From: an uncultured Candidatus Saccharibacteria bacterium
GTDB taxonomy: Bacteria; Patescibacteriota; Minisyncoccia; UBA6257; GWB1-50-10
NCBI GenBank assembly: GCA_964357525.1
Contig: CAYHLH010000001.1
Location: 77,719-137,339, forward strand
Length of the DNA: 59,621 bases
Direction of reading: 5' to 3'
The position numbers were made by a program, and so were the translations under genes. Below are positions 17,985 through 28,051 of the stretch, in pieces. Numbering within the stretch: the stretch's first letter is position 1; every line of letters starts with the position of its first letter. Under the pieces are notes generated by a model that did no database searches, was not told where the DNA came from, and was given only the letters and a program-made list of their open reading frames with translations.

Positions 17985-19235
17985 CTATGAAAGCTCTTTC
18001 AATCCCGTGTACTCGTGGAGTATCTTCGGCAATTTCACGGTGCCGTCCTTCGTCTGAAAATTCTCCAAAACGGCGAGAATGGGGCGCTGGGAGAATGCCG
18101 TGGCGTTCAGCGTGTGCACCGGGCGCTTTGCGCCATCCTTCGCCTTGAACGACGTCTTCGTCCCCCTGGACTGGAAATCCGTGGTATTCGAGCACGAATG
18201 CGTCTCGCGGTACTTTCCCTCGCTCGGGAACCACGCTTCGATGTCGTATTGCCGCGCGTCGGTGAATCCCATGTCCCCCGCACACACCTCGACGACCCGA
18301 TACGGGAGTTCGAGCTTCTTCATCAGCTCTTCCTGCACGGAGAGGAGGAACGTGTGCTCCTCTTCCGACTTCTCCGGATGCGCGAACGAGAACAGCTCCA
18401 CCTTGTCAAACTGGTGGACCCTTAGAATGCCCTTCGTGTCCTTGCCGTAGCTTCCAGCCTCGCGCCTGAAGCACGTGGAGAAGGCCACGTATCGAAGAGG
18501 CAACTCCTTTTCCTTCAGGGTTTCCCCCATATGGAGCGGGGCGAGGGTGTGCTCCGAGCTTCCCGCGAGGTAGAGATTGTCCTTTTCCAGGAAATAGCGC
18601 TCGTCCTTCTGGTCGGCGGCGAGCCGGCCTATCCCCTCATAGACATCCGGACGGAGCATCACGGGGGGAATGACGGGAACGAACCCCTTTTTTACCGCAA
18701 CCTCGAACGCAAGGCGCACGAGCGCGAGTTCGATGAGCGCCGCGCCTCCCAAAAGATACCCGAATCTGCTCCCCGCGACCTCCGCCGCCCTCTTCACGTC
18801 GATGAGGCCGAGCGATTCACCGAGCGACAGATAATCCTTCGGCTCGAAACCGAACTCGGGGATGGCCCCTACCTCGCGGAGCGTCTTGTTCTCGGATTCG
18901 TCACGCCCCGCGGGAACGTCGTCGAACGGGAGGTTCGGCATCGAGTTAAGGACGGCATCGCGCTTACCAAGAAGTTCCGCCTGTTCGTCGGAGAGCCCCG
19001 CGATGCGTTTTTTGAGCACGTTCGCCTTGGCGACCAGGTCTTCCGCGCGGCGCGCCGCGACGTCCTTCGTGATGGCATTCTGCTCCTTCTTTAGGGTTTC
19101 CGCGGCGAGCGTCTTCGCGCGCCACTCCTCATCTAGTTTCAGGAACTTGTCAACGAGCTTCGCGTCGGCGCCCTTCTTCCGAAGCCCGTCCTTCACGCGT
19201 TCCGGCTCTTTCCGTATGAGTTCTACGTCCAACAT
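17985..19235 (-). CDS. serS: seryl-tRNA synthetase
   Basis: 416 aa. N-terminal coiled-coil arm plus class II core (FRREAGS, TLNATA). Confidence 0.95.
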   Translation of the reverse strand: MLDVELIRKEPERVKDGLRKKGADAKLVDKFLKLDEEWRAKTLAAETLKKEQNAITKDVAARRAEDLVAKANVLKKRIAGLSDEQAELLGKRDAVLNSMPNLPFDDVPAGRDESENKTLREVGAIPEFGFEPKDYLSLGESLGLIDVKRAAEVAGSRFGYLLGGAALIELALVRLAFEVAVKKGFVPVIPPVMLRPDVYEGIGRLAADQKDERYFLEKDNLYLAGSSEHTLAPLHMGETLKEKELPLRYVAFSTCFRREAGSYGKDTKGILRVHQFDKVELFSFAHPEKSEEEHTFLLSVQEELMKKLELPYRVVEVCAGDMGFTDARQYDIEAWFPSEGKYRETHSCSNTTDFQSRGTKTSFKAKDGAKRPVHTLNATAFSQRPILAVLENFQTKDGTVKLPKILHEYTGLKELS

Positions 19236-19251
19236 GCTTTAAACTTGAAAC

Positions 19252-20682
19252 TCATTTTTCCTTCCTCATCAGCGGGAAAACGACCGTTTCCCTTATCGGC
19301 TTCCCCATCATCACCGAGAAAAGCCGCTCCGACATCCCGAAGCCGGCCGAGGGAGGCATGCCGTGCTCCAGTGCCTCCAAGAACGCTTCGTCCGTCATCT
19401 GCGCCTCCTTGTCGCCTTTCTTCCGGAGCTTCGCCTGTTCCTCGAAGCGCGAGCGCTGGTCCCGCGGGTCGTTCAGTTCCGAGAATCCCTTACCGAGCTC
19501 CGTTCCGCACGCCATGATCTGGAAGCGCTCGACCCGTCCGGCGTCGCGCTCCGTGCGCTTCGCGAGGGGCTCGACCGAAACGGGCGGATCGACGAGGAAG
19601 CACGGCTTGACGAGTTTCGGACGCACGGTTTTTTTGAAAATGAGGTCGATGAGGCGGCCTTCCCCCGCGAACGGCTCCGGAGAGAGCCCCAGGGATTTCG
19701 CTTTCGCCTCGAGTTCCTTTCTGCCGGCTTTCGAAAGATCCACGCCCGCTTCCTTTTTGAAGATCTCGTAGTAATCCACCTTTTCCCATTTCCCGCCCCA
19801 ATTTATTTCCTTGCCCTGATACGAGCTCTTCATGTTCCCGAAGAGGTTTTTTGCGATCGCTTGGTACAGCGCCTGCATCCTTTCCATCATCCACCCGTAG
19901 TCGAGGTACGCCGCGTAGCATTCCATCTGGGTGTAGTCCTGCAGGTGTTCCCGGTCTATCCCCTCGTTCCGGAAAATCCGCCCGATCTCGAACACGCGCT
20001 CGTAGCCGCCTATGAGAAGCTTCTTCAGTGGCAGTTCGAGCGAGATCCTCAGGTAAAAATCCTCGTCGAGGGCGTTCATATGCGTCGTGAAGGGCTCCGC
20101 TTCCGCGCCGCCCGGAACCGCCTCCAAGACCGGCGTCTCCACCTCCAAAAAGCCTTCCGCGAGCAGGAAATCGCGCGCCGTTTTCCAGAACGCCGCCTTC
20201 TTCCTGAAAAGCTCTTTCGTTTCCTCGTCGAGGAGAAGGTCCAGATAGCGACTGCGCAGGCGCGATTCCGTGTCCTCCAGGCCGAACCACTCCACGGGAA
20301 CGGGGCGGAGCGCTTTTGCGAGGAGCCTGAACCTCAACGCCATCATCCCCTTCTCGCCCCTCTTGTTCGTGAATCCTTCGCCCTCCACCTCTATGATGTC
20401 CCCCTGATCCAGGAATTCCCGCAACGCGAACCCGTCCGTCTTCTTCTCCTCCAGGACGACCTGTAGCTTCCCCGTCTCGTCCTTGAGATCGCAGAATACG
20501 ATCTTTCCCTGGTCCCTGAGCGATGCGATCCTCCCCGCTACGGTCTTCTCCTCTCCGTGGAATTTCTCGAGGTATTCGCGCGCGGACACGCGCTCGCCCT
20601 CGAGGCGCGCGGGGAACGCATACGCCTTTTTCTCGTAGGCGTCCAATTTTCTTTTCCGCTCGCGGAGAATATCCTCGCGCAT
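19252..20682 (-). CDS. lysS: lysyl-tRNA synthetase, class II
   Basis: 476 aa. OB anticodon domain plus class IIb core (FRNEGID, GGFGMSERL-like end). Confidence 0.95.
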   Translation of the reverse strand: MREDILRERKRKLDAYEKKAYAFPARLEGERVSAREYLEKFHGEEKTVAGRIASLRDQGKIVFCDLKDETGKLQVVLEEKKTDGFALREFLDQGDIIEVEGEGFTNKRGEKGMMALRFRLLAKALRPVPVEWFGLEDTESRLRSRYLDLLLDEETKELFRKKAAFWKTARDFLLAEGFLEVETPVLEAVPGGAEAEPFTTHMNALDEDFYLRISLELPLKKLLIGGYERVFEIGRIFRNEGIDREHLQDYTQMECYAAYLDYGWMMERMQALYQAIAKNLFGNMKSSYQGKEINWGGKWEKVDYYEIFKKEAGVDLSKAGRKELEAKAKSLGLSPEPFAGEGRLIDLIFKKTVRPKLVKPCFLVDPPVSVEPLAKRTERDAGRVERFQIMACGTELGKGFSELNDPRDQRSRFEEQAKLRKKGDKEAQMTDEAFLEALEHGMPPSAGFGMSERLFSVMMGKPIRETVVFPLMRKEK

Positions 20683-20685
20683 GCC

Positions 20686-21162
20686 TTACTCGATGGAAAC
20701 GACGTGGAGCTTCACCTCGCCTTTCGGCGTAGCGATGGTAGCCACGTCGCCCGCGCGCTTTCCGAGGAGCGCGTGCCCGATGGGTGACTCGTTGGAAATG
20801 AAGCCGCGGGAGGGATCCGCCTCGTTACTTCCGACAATGGTGTATTCCTCGGTCTTGCGGTCCTTTTTCACTTTCACTTTCGTCCCGACCTTCACCGTGG
20901 TCGTGCTCCCGGGCCTGTGGATGATCTCGCTCCTCCGGAGCGTCTCTTCCAAGGCCGCGATGCGCGCCTCGAGGCGCGCCTGTTCGTCGCGGGTTTCCTG
21001 ATAGTCGGAGTTCTCCGAGAGGTCGCCGAGGTCCTTCGCCGCTTTCAGGCGCTCGGCGATGGCGTGCCGGCCCTCGGTCTTCAAGGTCTCGAGTTCGCGC
21101 CCGATTTCCTCGTACTTTTCCCTCGAAAGATATGCTTTATCCCCAATTCCCATCCCGTTCAT
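20686..21162 (-). CDS. greA: transcription elongation factor GreA
   Basis: 158 aa. GDLSENSDY motif. Confidence 0.9.
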   Translation of the reverse strand: MNGMGIGDKAYLSREKYEEIGRELETLKTEGRHAIAERLKAAKDLGDLSENSDYQETRDEQARLEARIAALEETLRRSEIIHRPGSTTTVKVGTKVKVKKDRKTEEYTIVGSNEADPSRGFISNESPIGHALLGKRAGDVATIATPKGEVKLHVVSIE

Positions 21163-21222
21163 AATAGGAAATCTCCGTCCCGCCGTGGCGGGACGGGATT
21201 TCCCTGCCTGCCGGCAGGCAGG

Positions 21223-21328
21223 CGTACCATTGCGACCTTATGTTGATAGAAAATCATTGATGGTGATTTATGCTAGGTTTCAAGGTTTTATCTGAATGCC
21301 CCGAGCAACGTAATCATGAATCGGGACC
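21223..21328 (-). repeat. F3 intergenic element, copy 1 (PBP2 stop to greA)
   Basis: 106 nt that align with 23746-23851: GTCCCGWTTMATGAWYACGTTGCTCGGGGCRTTCA ... ATGATTTTCWATCAA ... GTCGCAAYG(G)TACG. Confidence 0.75.
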
Positions 21329-21336
21329 CATGATGT

Positions 21337-23199
21337 TCAGCGGTTCGTTAATCGGTTTCTATAGTACCACAGGAAAATATCCTTCGCTATGGGAACGGTA
21401 TTCAAGGCGCCCTCGCGCGAATTCTCGACGAGCACCAGGACTGCGATCTCTGGATTGTCGTACGGGGCGTACCCCACGAAGAACGAGTTTGTCCGCTGAT
21501 TGTTCTGCACCTGGGCGGTCCCTGTCTTCGCCGCGACCGGAACTGGAAGATCGTGGAGAAGGTAGGCGGTGCCGTACTCCTTCGTGACCGCGTCGCGCAT
21601 GCCGCGCCTAACCTCTGTGAGCGCGCCGGAGACCTCCGCTCCTATGTCGCCGAGGAGGCGCGGAGAGAACGCGCGGATACGGTTCCCCTCCGTGTCCTTG
21701 AGCGCCAAGGCGACGCGCGGGGAAAAGAATTTCCCGCCGTTCGCGATGGCCGAAATATAGTTCAAGAGCCCGATGGGCGTCACCGAGAAATCCCCCTGCC
21801 CGATGGCGACGTTATACGTGTCGCCCACACGCCACGGATCGTCCTTAGCGCGCTCTTTCCATTCCGGGTCGGGGAGGAATCCGGACTCCTCTCCCGGAAG
21901 GTCGATGCCCGTCTTCTCGCCGAGGAGGAATTTCTCCCACCAGTTCTTGAGCTTCTCTATGCCTATCCCCTTCTGTCCCTGGAATCCCCCGGCGACCTCG
22001 TAGAAGTACACGTTCGACGAGCGCGCGAGCGCGGAGTGGATGTCCACCCATCCGTGCGCTTTCCAGTCGAGGAACCGGCTCGGATTTTCCGGATCGTACG
22101 GATTCGGTATCTCGATAGATCCCGCGGAATATATACGCGTCGACGGCGTGACGACGCCTTCGGAGAGGGCCGCCGTCGCGACAAGTGGCTTTATGGTGCT
22201 TCCCGGGTTATAGACGCCCTGGACGGCGCGGTTGAAGAGGGGTTTCCGCGGGTCGGAAAGCGCGTTCTCGATATCCGAGGGGTCGTAGCTCGGCGCCGAC
22301 ACGAGCGCGAGCACCTCCCCGTTTCGGGGGTCGATCGCGATGAGGGCGCCCGTGTCCCTGCCGAGTTCGGAAAGGCCCTGCATGAGGCGCGCGTACGCGT
22401 ATTCCTGAAGTCCGCGATCGACGTTGGTCTCGAGCGTCAGCCCCTGTTCGGACTTCTGGACGGATTTCTTCTCCTGCGTTTTTCCCGCGGCGTCCCTGAA
22501 GAAGACGAATTTGCCGTTCTTGCCGCGGAGTTCCGTGTCATAGGACATTTCGAGGCCGCCGCGGCCGATGCGGTCGTCGATCGAAAGGGAGATATCCTCT
22601 TCCAAGTCGACCTCCGCGACGAGTCCCGTGTATCCGACGAGATGCGAAAGGGCGCGGGGATCGACTGGAACCCTCCGGAAGCTCGGCTCGACCGAAATGC
22701 CGGGCAACGGTTCCGAGGAAAGCGCGAGGATCTCGTCGTGCGAAAGGTCTTCTTTGAGGAGCAGCCGGTCGCTCTGTCCCCAATCGCGTTCGCCGATCTT
22801 CCGCGCGAGTTCCTCCTCAGGGATGCCGAGCACGTCTCCGACGCGCGCGAGGAGGGAGAGGCGAGAGCGAGCGTCTTCCGGAAAATCCCGCGGTGAGAGA
22901 ACCGCCTTGAATCCGGGTTCGTTTGCGACGAGGACCTCCCCGAACCGATCAATGATGGCCCCGCGTGGCGCTTCCTCCACCTGCTCGTCGGAAATGTTGC
23001 CGAGCGCGCGGGCGCGGTACCGCCCGCCGTCAACGACGTTCGTCGTGAAAAGTTCGACGAAAAGCGCGCCGAAGACGACGGCGGCGATGAGGAACACGGC
23101 GCTGAAAAGGCCGTCACGGAGCGGGATCTCGACAAATTCCCCTTCCGCCCTCCGGTCCATCAGGACATCCTCGAAATCTATGTGGCGCTTGTGCTTCAT
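21337..23199 (-). CDS. mrdA: penicillin-binding protein 2 (peptidoglycan D,D-transpeptidase)
   Basis: 620 aa. STIK (SxxK), SSN (SxN) and KTGT motifs. Confidence 0.9.
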   Translation of the reverse strand: MKHKRHIDFEDVLMDRRAEGEFVEIPLRDGLFSAVFLIAAVVFGALFVELFTTNVVDGGRYRARALGNISDEQVEEAPRGAIIDRFGEVLVANEPGFKAVLSPRDFPEDARSRLSLLARVGDVLGIPEEELARKIGERDWGQSDRLLLKEDLSHDEILALSSEPLPGISVEPSFRRVPVDPRALSHLVGYTGLVAEVDLEEDISLSIDDRIGRGGLEMSYDTELRGKNGKFVFFRDAAGKTQEKKSVQKSEQGLTLETNVDRGLQEYAYARLMQGLSELGRDTGALIAIDPRNGEVLALVSAPSYDPSDIENALSDPRKPLFNRAVQGVYNPGSTIKPLVATAALSEGVVTPSTRIYSAGSIEIPNPYDPENPSRFLDWKAHGWVDIHSALARSSNVYFYEVAGGFQGQKGIGIEKLKNWWEKFLLGEKTGIDLPGEESGFLPDPEWKERAKDDPWRVGDTYNVAIGQGDFSVTPIGLLNYISAIANGGKFFSPRVALALKDTEGNRIRAFSPRLLGDIGAEVSGALTEVRRGMRDAVTKEYGTAYLLHDLPVPVAAKTGTAQVQNNQRTNSFFVGYAPYDNPEIAVLVLVENSREGALNTVPIAKDIFLWYYRNRLTNR

Positions 23200-23699
23200 C
23201 GGAAGGAGGACGCTACTTTTGTGCGGCTCCCGGTGAGTAGCAGCACCGCGGCCGCCGCGGCGTTCAGGGCAATTTCAACGAAAAGTATGCGCGCCGATGG
23301 GAACGCGACGCCAGAGAACGAAAGTCCCGCGGAGAGCATGTGGGTGGAAAGCGGTAATGCATAATATAACGCCGCGGTCGAGAAAAGGAGCAAAAGCAAA
23401 AAATCTACGAGAAACCGGCCCGTAAGGAACCGGCGCATGAAGCGGGAGAGCAGCACGACCGCGGAGAACACCGCGAATCCGGAAAGGGCGAGCGGGACAT
23501 TGAAAAGAACGTACGCCGCAAGCGCGAGAAGCAGCGCGGCAATCTCCGGAAGCGGGAAGCGGAGCGTCACGAGAACGATGAATCCGACAAGAAGCAGATT
23601 TGCCCGAATGCCGCCGAACTGCACCACGCCCGACTCCTGAACGATAAGGAACAGGAAAAGGACGAGGAGAAACGAAAGAAACGTGTTTACGCGTTGCAT
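23196..23699 (-). CDS. mreD: probable rod shape-determining protein MreD
   Basis: Small polytopic membrane protein between mreC and PBP2. The call rests on position, and the start is uncertain (23699 or 23735). Confidence 0.5.
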   Translation of the reverse strand: MQRVNTFLSFLLVLFLFLIVQESGVVQFGGIRANLLLVGFIVLVTLRFPLPEIAALLLALAAYVLFNVPLALSGFAVFSAVVLLSRFMRRFLTGRFLVDFLLLLLFSTAALYYALPLSTHMLSAGLSFSGVAFPSARILFVEIALNAAAAAVLLLTGSRTKVASSFR

Positions 23700-23745
23700 C
23701 CCGTTAATGAAAGGAAACGACTGTTTGCGGAGCAAACAGCGTTTC

Positions 23746-23851
23746 CGTACGTTGCGACACTTTTTGATTGAAAATCACTGAATGACGGCCGATATTATTT
23801 TTCATGGTTTTTGTTTTGAACGCCCCGAGCAACGTGTTCATTAAACGGGAC
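23746..23851 (-). repeat. F3 intergenic element, copy 2 (mreC stop to mreD)
   Basis: See copy 1. It begins 5 nt after the mreC stop. Confidence 0.75.
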
Positions 23852-23856
23852 AAGTA

Positions 23857-24561
23857 TCAGGGGAAATTGACGAGAACGAGTACAGTCTGGAAGGATTCCG
23901 GGAAAAACAGGGGCTCCACTTCCGCCTTTTGCCAGACGTCGTAGGTTTCCCCGCCCGCTTCCTTCACCTTTCCGAGAAGGGTGCCGAGAGGCAGATCGGG
24001 CGCGATGGATATGACAAGGTCTCCCGGCGCGAGCGCCGCGTCCTTAGGGATGAGATCGAGCTCCGGCGGGACGCCTCCAGCGTAGACGGCTTTGACCTTC
24101 TTTTCGCCCACTGCGACCGAGGTTTTCCACTGCGGGGAGAGTATAGTCTCCACTTCGCTCTGCGTCCTCGCGACCTTCTTGATCTTCCCGAGAAGCACCC
24201 CTTTTTCCACGAAGACGGGCATGCCCTCGCGGACGCCGTCCAGGGACCCGAGAGAAAGGAACACCGCGCTCTGGTCGTTGAACGGATAGCGCGAATGGAC
24301 TTCCGCGATCTTGTAGCGGTACCTGTCCTCAGCGGGGCGCTTCGCCTCTTCTCCGACGTACGCAAGCTCGTTCCTCAGCCTTTGATTCTCCGATTGGAGC
24401 GCGAGGATCTCCGCATCCTTGTCGGAGCCTCGGGCGAAATCCCTGAGAGACGTCCCTGCGCGGGCGCTTACCTGCGCCAGAAATCCGCGATACGAGTATA
24501 GAACGAACAAAAGCGCGATGAGCGCTCCGAGTACCGCGAGTTGTTTTAGAAATTTTGCCAT
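23857..24561 (-). CDS. mreC: rod shape-determining protein MreC
   Basis: 234 aa. N-terminal TM, coiled coil (LQSENQRLRNEL), beta-barrel domains. Adjacent to mreB. Confidence 0.8.
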   Translation of the reverse strand: MAKFLKQLAVLGALIALLFVLYSYRGFLAQVSARAGTSLRDFARGSDKDAEILALQSENQRLRNELAYVGEEAKRPAEDRYRYKIAEVHSRYPFNDQSAVFLSLGSLDGVREGMPVFVEKGVLLGKIKKVARTQSEVETILSPQWKTSVAVGEKKVKAVYAGGVPPELDLIPKDAALAPGDLVISIAPDLPLGTLLGKVKEAGGETYDVWQKAEVEPLFFPESFQTVLVLVNFP

Positions 24562-24565
24562 CCCG

Positions 24566-25591
24566 TTACTGCGATCTCGGCGTGTCGGGGAAATTGTTCA
24601 GCACATGCTCGTACCGGTCGAAGTTCTCGATGATGAACCCGGTCCCCCTCGCGATGGACGTCAGCGGGTCTTCCACGTTCCGCACGGCGACGCCGATCTC
24701 GCGCTCGATGAGCTGTCCCAATCCGCGGAGCAGGCTCCCTCCGCCGCAGAGGTAAATGCCGTTCTTGTAGATGTCGCCGACGAGTTCCGGCGGCGCGGAC
24801 TCGATGAGGTCCTTCATCGCCTCGATGAGCATCTTCAAGGGGCGCGCGAGCCAGTACCGGACCTGCGTGTCCTTGATGACGACCTCACGCGGCAGGCCCG
24901 AAACGACGTCGCGCCCGCGGGCGACGACCTCGAGCCGCTCCCCGGTCGGAATGGCGGAGCCGACCGTAATCTTGATATCCTCCGACGTCGGCTCGCCTAT
25001 GCTGAGCTTCAGTTCCTCCCTCACCGCTTTGATGATCTCTTGATCGAGGTAATTCCCCGCTATCTTCATCCTCCGGGACACGACGATACCGTTCATGGAA
25101 ATGATGGCCATGTCGGTCGTGCCCGCGCCGATGTCGACGATGAGATACGCGGTGGGGAGTCCCACGTCAAGCTGGCTGCCGAACGCGGCCGCAAGCGGCT
25201 GCTCGATGACGTATACGCTCTTCGCGCCACACTCCTTCAAAAGGTCTTCCACTGATTTCCTCTCCACTTCCGTGAGATTGGTGGGAACGGATACGAGCAC
25301 TCTTGTGAAAAACGAGCGCGGTATATGCTCGTTCGCCAAAAACCGCTCCACCATATCCTTCGCCATCTCGAAATCGGCTATGACGCCGTGGGTTATCGGC
25401 CTCAGTGCCGTGATGTGCGCTGGGGTGCGTGAGAGCATTTTCTTCGCCTCACTTCCGTGCGCGACGACCCTGTTCGTCTTGTTGTTGTACGCGACGATGG
25501 ACGGTTCGGAGACCACTATGCCCTTCTTCTCCAGATACACCTGCGTCGTGTCCGTTCCGAGATCGATGCCTAAACTTTTTCTGATGACCAT
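24566..25591 (-). CDS. mreB: rod shape-determining protein MreB
   Basis: Start at MVIRKSLGIDLGTDTT. Actin-fold motifs. Confidence 0.92.
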   Translation of the reverse strand: MVIRKSLGIDLGTDTTQVYLEKKGIVVSEPSIVAYNNKTNRVVAHGSEAKKMLSRTPAHITALRPITHGVIADFEMAKDMVERFLANEHIPRSFFTRVLVSVPTNLTEVERKSVEDLLKECGAKSVYVIEQPLAAAFGSQLDVGLPTAYLIVDIGAGTTDMAIISMNGIVVSRRMKIAGNYLDQEIIKAVREELKLSIGEPTSEDIKITVGSAIPTGERLEVVARGRDVVSGLPREVVIKDTQVRYWLARPLKMLIEAMKDLIESAPPELVGDIYKNGIYLCGGGSLLRGLGQLIEREIGVAVRNVEDPLTSIARGTGFIIENFDRYEHVLNNFPDTPRSQ

Positions 25592-25602
25592 AGTTTTAGA
25601 AT

Positions 25603-26838
25603 TTAGAATTTGGAAATACACTCTTCGATGGTTATGAGTTCCACTTTTTCTTCGGAACGTTTTTTGAGCTCCACTTTGTTTTCTTTCATTGTGCGCTCGC
25701 TTGCAATGATCCTCCACGGGATACCGATGAAGTCGGATTCGAAGAGCTTCTCGCCGGGGCCGGCGTCTCTCTCGTCATAGAGCGTTTCCACGCCATTTTT
25801 AGTGAGGTCACTGTACACCGTCTCCGCGAATTTTTGAAGCCCCTTTTCGGATTTTCCAATGGAGAGGAGGTGCACCGCGAAGGGAGCTATTTCCTCGGGC
25901 CAGACTATCCCTTTTTCATCGTGGTGAATCTCAACGGCAGCGCCGATGAGGCGTTCAATGCCGATGCCGTAAGAAGCCATGATTACAGGATTTGCAACAC
26001 CCTTCTTGTCCTTGAACGAGAGCCCCGCGGCCTCGGAAAACCTTGTCCCTAGCTTGAATATATTGCCTACCTCTATTGCTCTGGCCTCTTCGAACGGCCC
26101 CCCGCATGACTGGCATTTTTCTCCCTTTTTAGCAATTTCCGAGTTCCGCGCCATATGGCACTTCCGGCACATAACAATGGAGTCCTCCCCTATGGGCGAT
26201 TCCACCATGAATTCATGCGAATATTCCTTTGAAAAATCGCCACCAGATGCCTCCGTGAGGAGCGCCTTGAGCCCGCAGCGGGAAAATATCCGGAAATAGG
26301 CCTCTTTTGCCGACTCATAGAATTCCACGAGCGATTTCTCGTCCGCATGAAAGCTGTAAAGGTCTTTCATGGTGAACTCCCTGCCGCGCAAGAGCCCCGA
26401 CTTCGCCCTCGGCTCGTCGCGGAACTTGGTCTGTATCTGATAGAGCGCCTTCGGCAGGTCGGCGTATGATTCTATCTTCCCCACCGCGAGCGCCGCGACG
26501 ACCTCCTCGTGCGTGGTGCCGAGCCCAACCTCCTTCCCCGCGTGGTCCTTGAACTGGTACATGATATTTTTCAGCGTCTCCCACCTGCCGGAGGCGTCCC
26601 ACACGGACTTCGGATGGAGCGCGGGAAGGAGCATCTCCTGTCCGCCGATGGAATTCATCTCCTCGCGGATGACGTTCATCACCTTCTCGCGGACGCGGAG
26701 CCCCAACGGAAGGAACGAATACACGCCCGCCATGAGCTTCTCTACATACCCTCCGCGTATCAAAAGGCGGGCGTTTTGGGCCGCCTCGTCCTTCGGAAAA
26801 TCCTTTTGAACCTTCAAAAACAGTTCGGATTGGCGCAT
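25603..26838 (-). CDS. proS: prolyl-tRNA synthetase (short, no large editing insertion)
   Basis: Start at MRQSELF. Class II motifs (FRDEPRAKSGLLRGREF, GIGIERL). Confidence 0.9.
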   Translation of the reverse strand: MRQSELFLKVQKDFPKDEAAQNARLLIRGGYVEKLMAGVYSFLPLGLRVREKVMNVIREEMNSIGGQEMLLPALHPKSVWDASGRWETLKNIMYQFKDHAGKEVGLGTTHEEVVAALAVGKIESYADLPKALYQIQTKFRDEPRAKSGLLRGREFTMKDLYSFHADEKSLVEFYESAKEAYFRIFSRCGLKALLTEASGGDFSKEYSHEFMVESPIGEDSIVMCRKCHMARNSEIAKKGEKCQSCGGPFEEARAIEVGNIFKLGTRFSEAAGLSFKDKKGVANPVIMASYGIGIERLIGAAVEIHHDEKGIVWPEEIAPFAVHLLSIGKSEKGLQKFAETVYSDLTKNGVETLYDERDAGPGEKLFESDFIGIPWRIIASERTMKENKVELKKRSEEKVELITIEECISKF

Positions 26839-26954
26839 ATTAATACGCTTCAATCCTAACAAAATAAGCCCCCGGGGGCAAATTATTCGATATAATAAAA
26901 ATCTCCTTGTCAAAAGGCAAGGAGAAAAGAATTTAAGGATACAAAATTTAAATT

Positions 26955-27542
26955 TCAAAATGTTACCGCGCGGGAAAATATTGTGTCTTCATCTTTGCCC
27001 CAACCATATGTATTATACTTTTGCGTTCCTACATACACTTCATGTTTATGTATAACATAACGTACATATACAGCAATAATTTTTCTGTTTTTTAACCTTA
27101 GATAAAAAACATTTACCCCACCGCTGTTGTTAAAAATGTTGACTCCACCATTTATATAATCTTCCAGTAAGCATTTCGAAATTCCTAAAATTTCTAAAAT
27201 AGAAAAAGGTTCGGGTTCGCCAAGATCACAACAAATCTCAGAATCATACAAATTAGTCTTTTCAATCGATGTAAATCCATCAAGTTTTACACCCGAAAAT
27301 TCAATGGCATTTGTTGGAGCATTCTTCAAGATACATCCAATAAATTCTTCAGTAAAATTCACTTTTAGATTGCCAGAACCGACGCTGAGAAAACCCTCCA
27401 CATCAAACATTTTGGCAGGAATTTCTACAGTTTTTGACAAGATGCGTTTCAAAAGTTTGAGCTTTGGGGTTTTTATTTTTTCTACACGAGCTATCCAAAA
27501 GTTTTTTAATTCATTTGGGCCCCGATTACCTTTTTGGGGCAA
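26955..27542 (-). CDS. hypothetical protein (AT-rich island)
   Basis: 195-aa ORF with a non-ATG first codon, so the start is uncertain. No domain recognised. Confidence 0.4.
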   Translation of the reverse strand: MPQKGNRGPNELKNFWIARVEKIKTPKLKLLKRILSKTVEIPAKMFDVEGFLSVGSGNLKVNFTEEFIGCILKNAPTNAIEFSGVKLDGFTSIEKTNLYDSEICCDLGEPEPFSILEILGISKCLLEDYINGGVNIFNNSGGVNVFYLRLKNRKIIAVYVRYVIHKHEVYVGTQKYNTYGWGKDEDTIFSRAVTF

Positions 27543-27637
27543 TCAATGTTTTAAAATAAGCTTTAATTTACAGTATAATTTTACTGTCTTTTAATTATAT
27601 CATAAAACAAAAATAAATGCAAATATCTCGACAAAAC

Positions 27638-27667
27638 CCATCCGCTCCAATCGATTGGAGCGGATGG
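27638..27667 (+). promoter_or_regulatory. 30-nt palindrome abutting the -10 box of the YerC-like gene
   Basis: ccatccgctccaatcgattggagcggatgg, followed by TATAAT (27668-27673), then 6 nt, then the ATG. Confidence 0.7.
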
Positions 27668-27679
27668 TATAATTAAAGC

Positions 27680-28045
27680 ATGGTCAGAATCAATCGTACT
27701 CAATTCCCCGCTGCACTGCGCCAAAAAACATGGAAAGCGCTCTGGATAATGGGTAAGGATTCAGAGTCCCCCGAAGCGATGATGCGCAAACTCAAAAAAG
27801 TAATCGCTCCGTCCGAAATTGAGATGTTTGAGAAACGTCTCGCTATTATGATCCTTCTCAAGGAAGGGTTTAGCTACAGAGCCATCGGACGTGCCATAGA
27901 TGTGAGTCCCTCTACAATCAGTTTCATAAAACATAACTTCACGCGGAAACCTGCCACCCGCTCCCGATATGCTCCGTCATCAAAGAAAAAATATCCTAAA
28001 TTTCATCATTCATCTAAAGGAGTGGGCACATTGCTCTGGAAGTGA
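27680..28045 (+). CDS. TrpR-related YerC/YecD-family HTH protein, paralog 1
   Basis: 121 aa. SEIEMFEKRLAIMILLKEGFSYRAIGRAIDVSPSTISFIKH resembles the YerC/TrpR HTH layout. Confidence 0.65.
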   Translation: MVRINRTQFPAALRQKTWKALWIMGKDSESPEAMMRKLKKVIAPSEIEMFEKRLAIMILLKEGFSYRAIGRAIDVSPSTISFIKHNFTRKPATRSRYAPSSKKKYPKFHHSSKGVGTLLWK

Positions 28046-28051
28046 ACAAAA

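Noticed and set aside
25592-26958. Long N-terminal extensions of ORFs in the track (proS to 26958, mreB to 25717, 17305..18285, 13707..14609, 14266.., 4709..5095, 38442..39101, 46803..47570, 45779..46858, 33644.., 42160..).
   Set aside because: The extensions overlap neighbouring genes or repeat elements and lack homology-like sequence. Internal ATGs coincide with the canonical protein N-termini and with -10 boxes or E1 ends.
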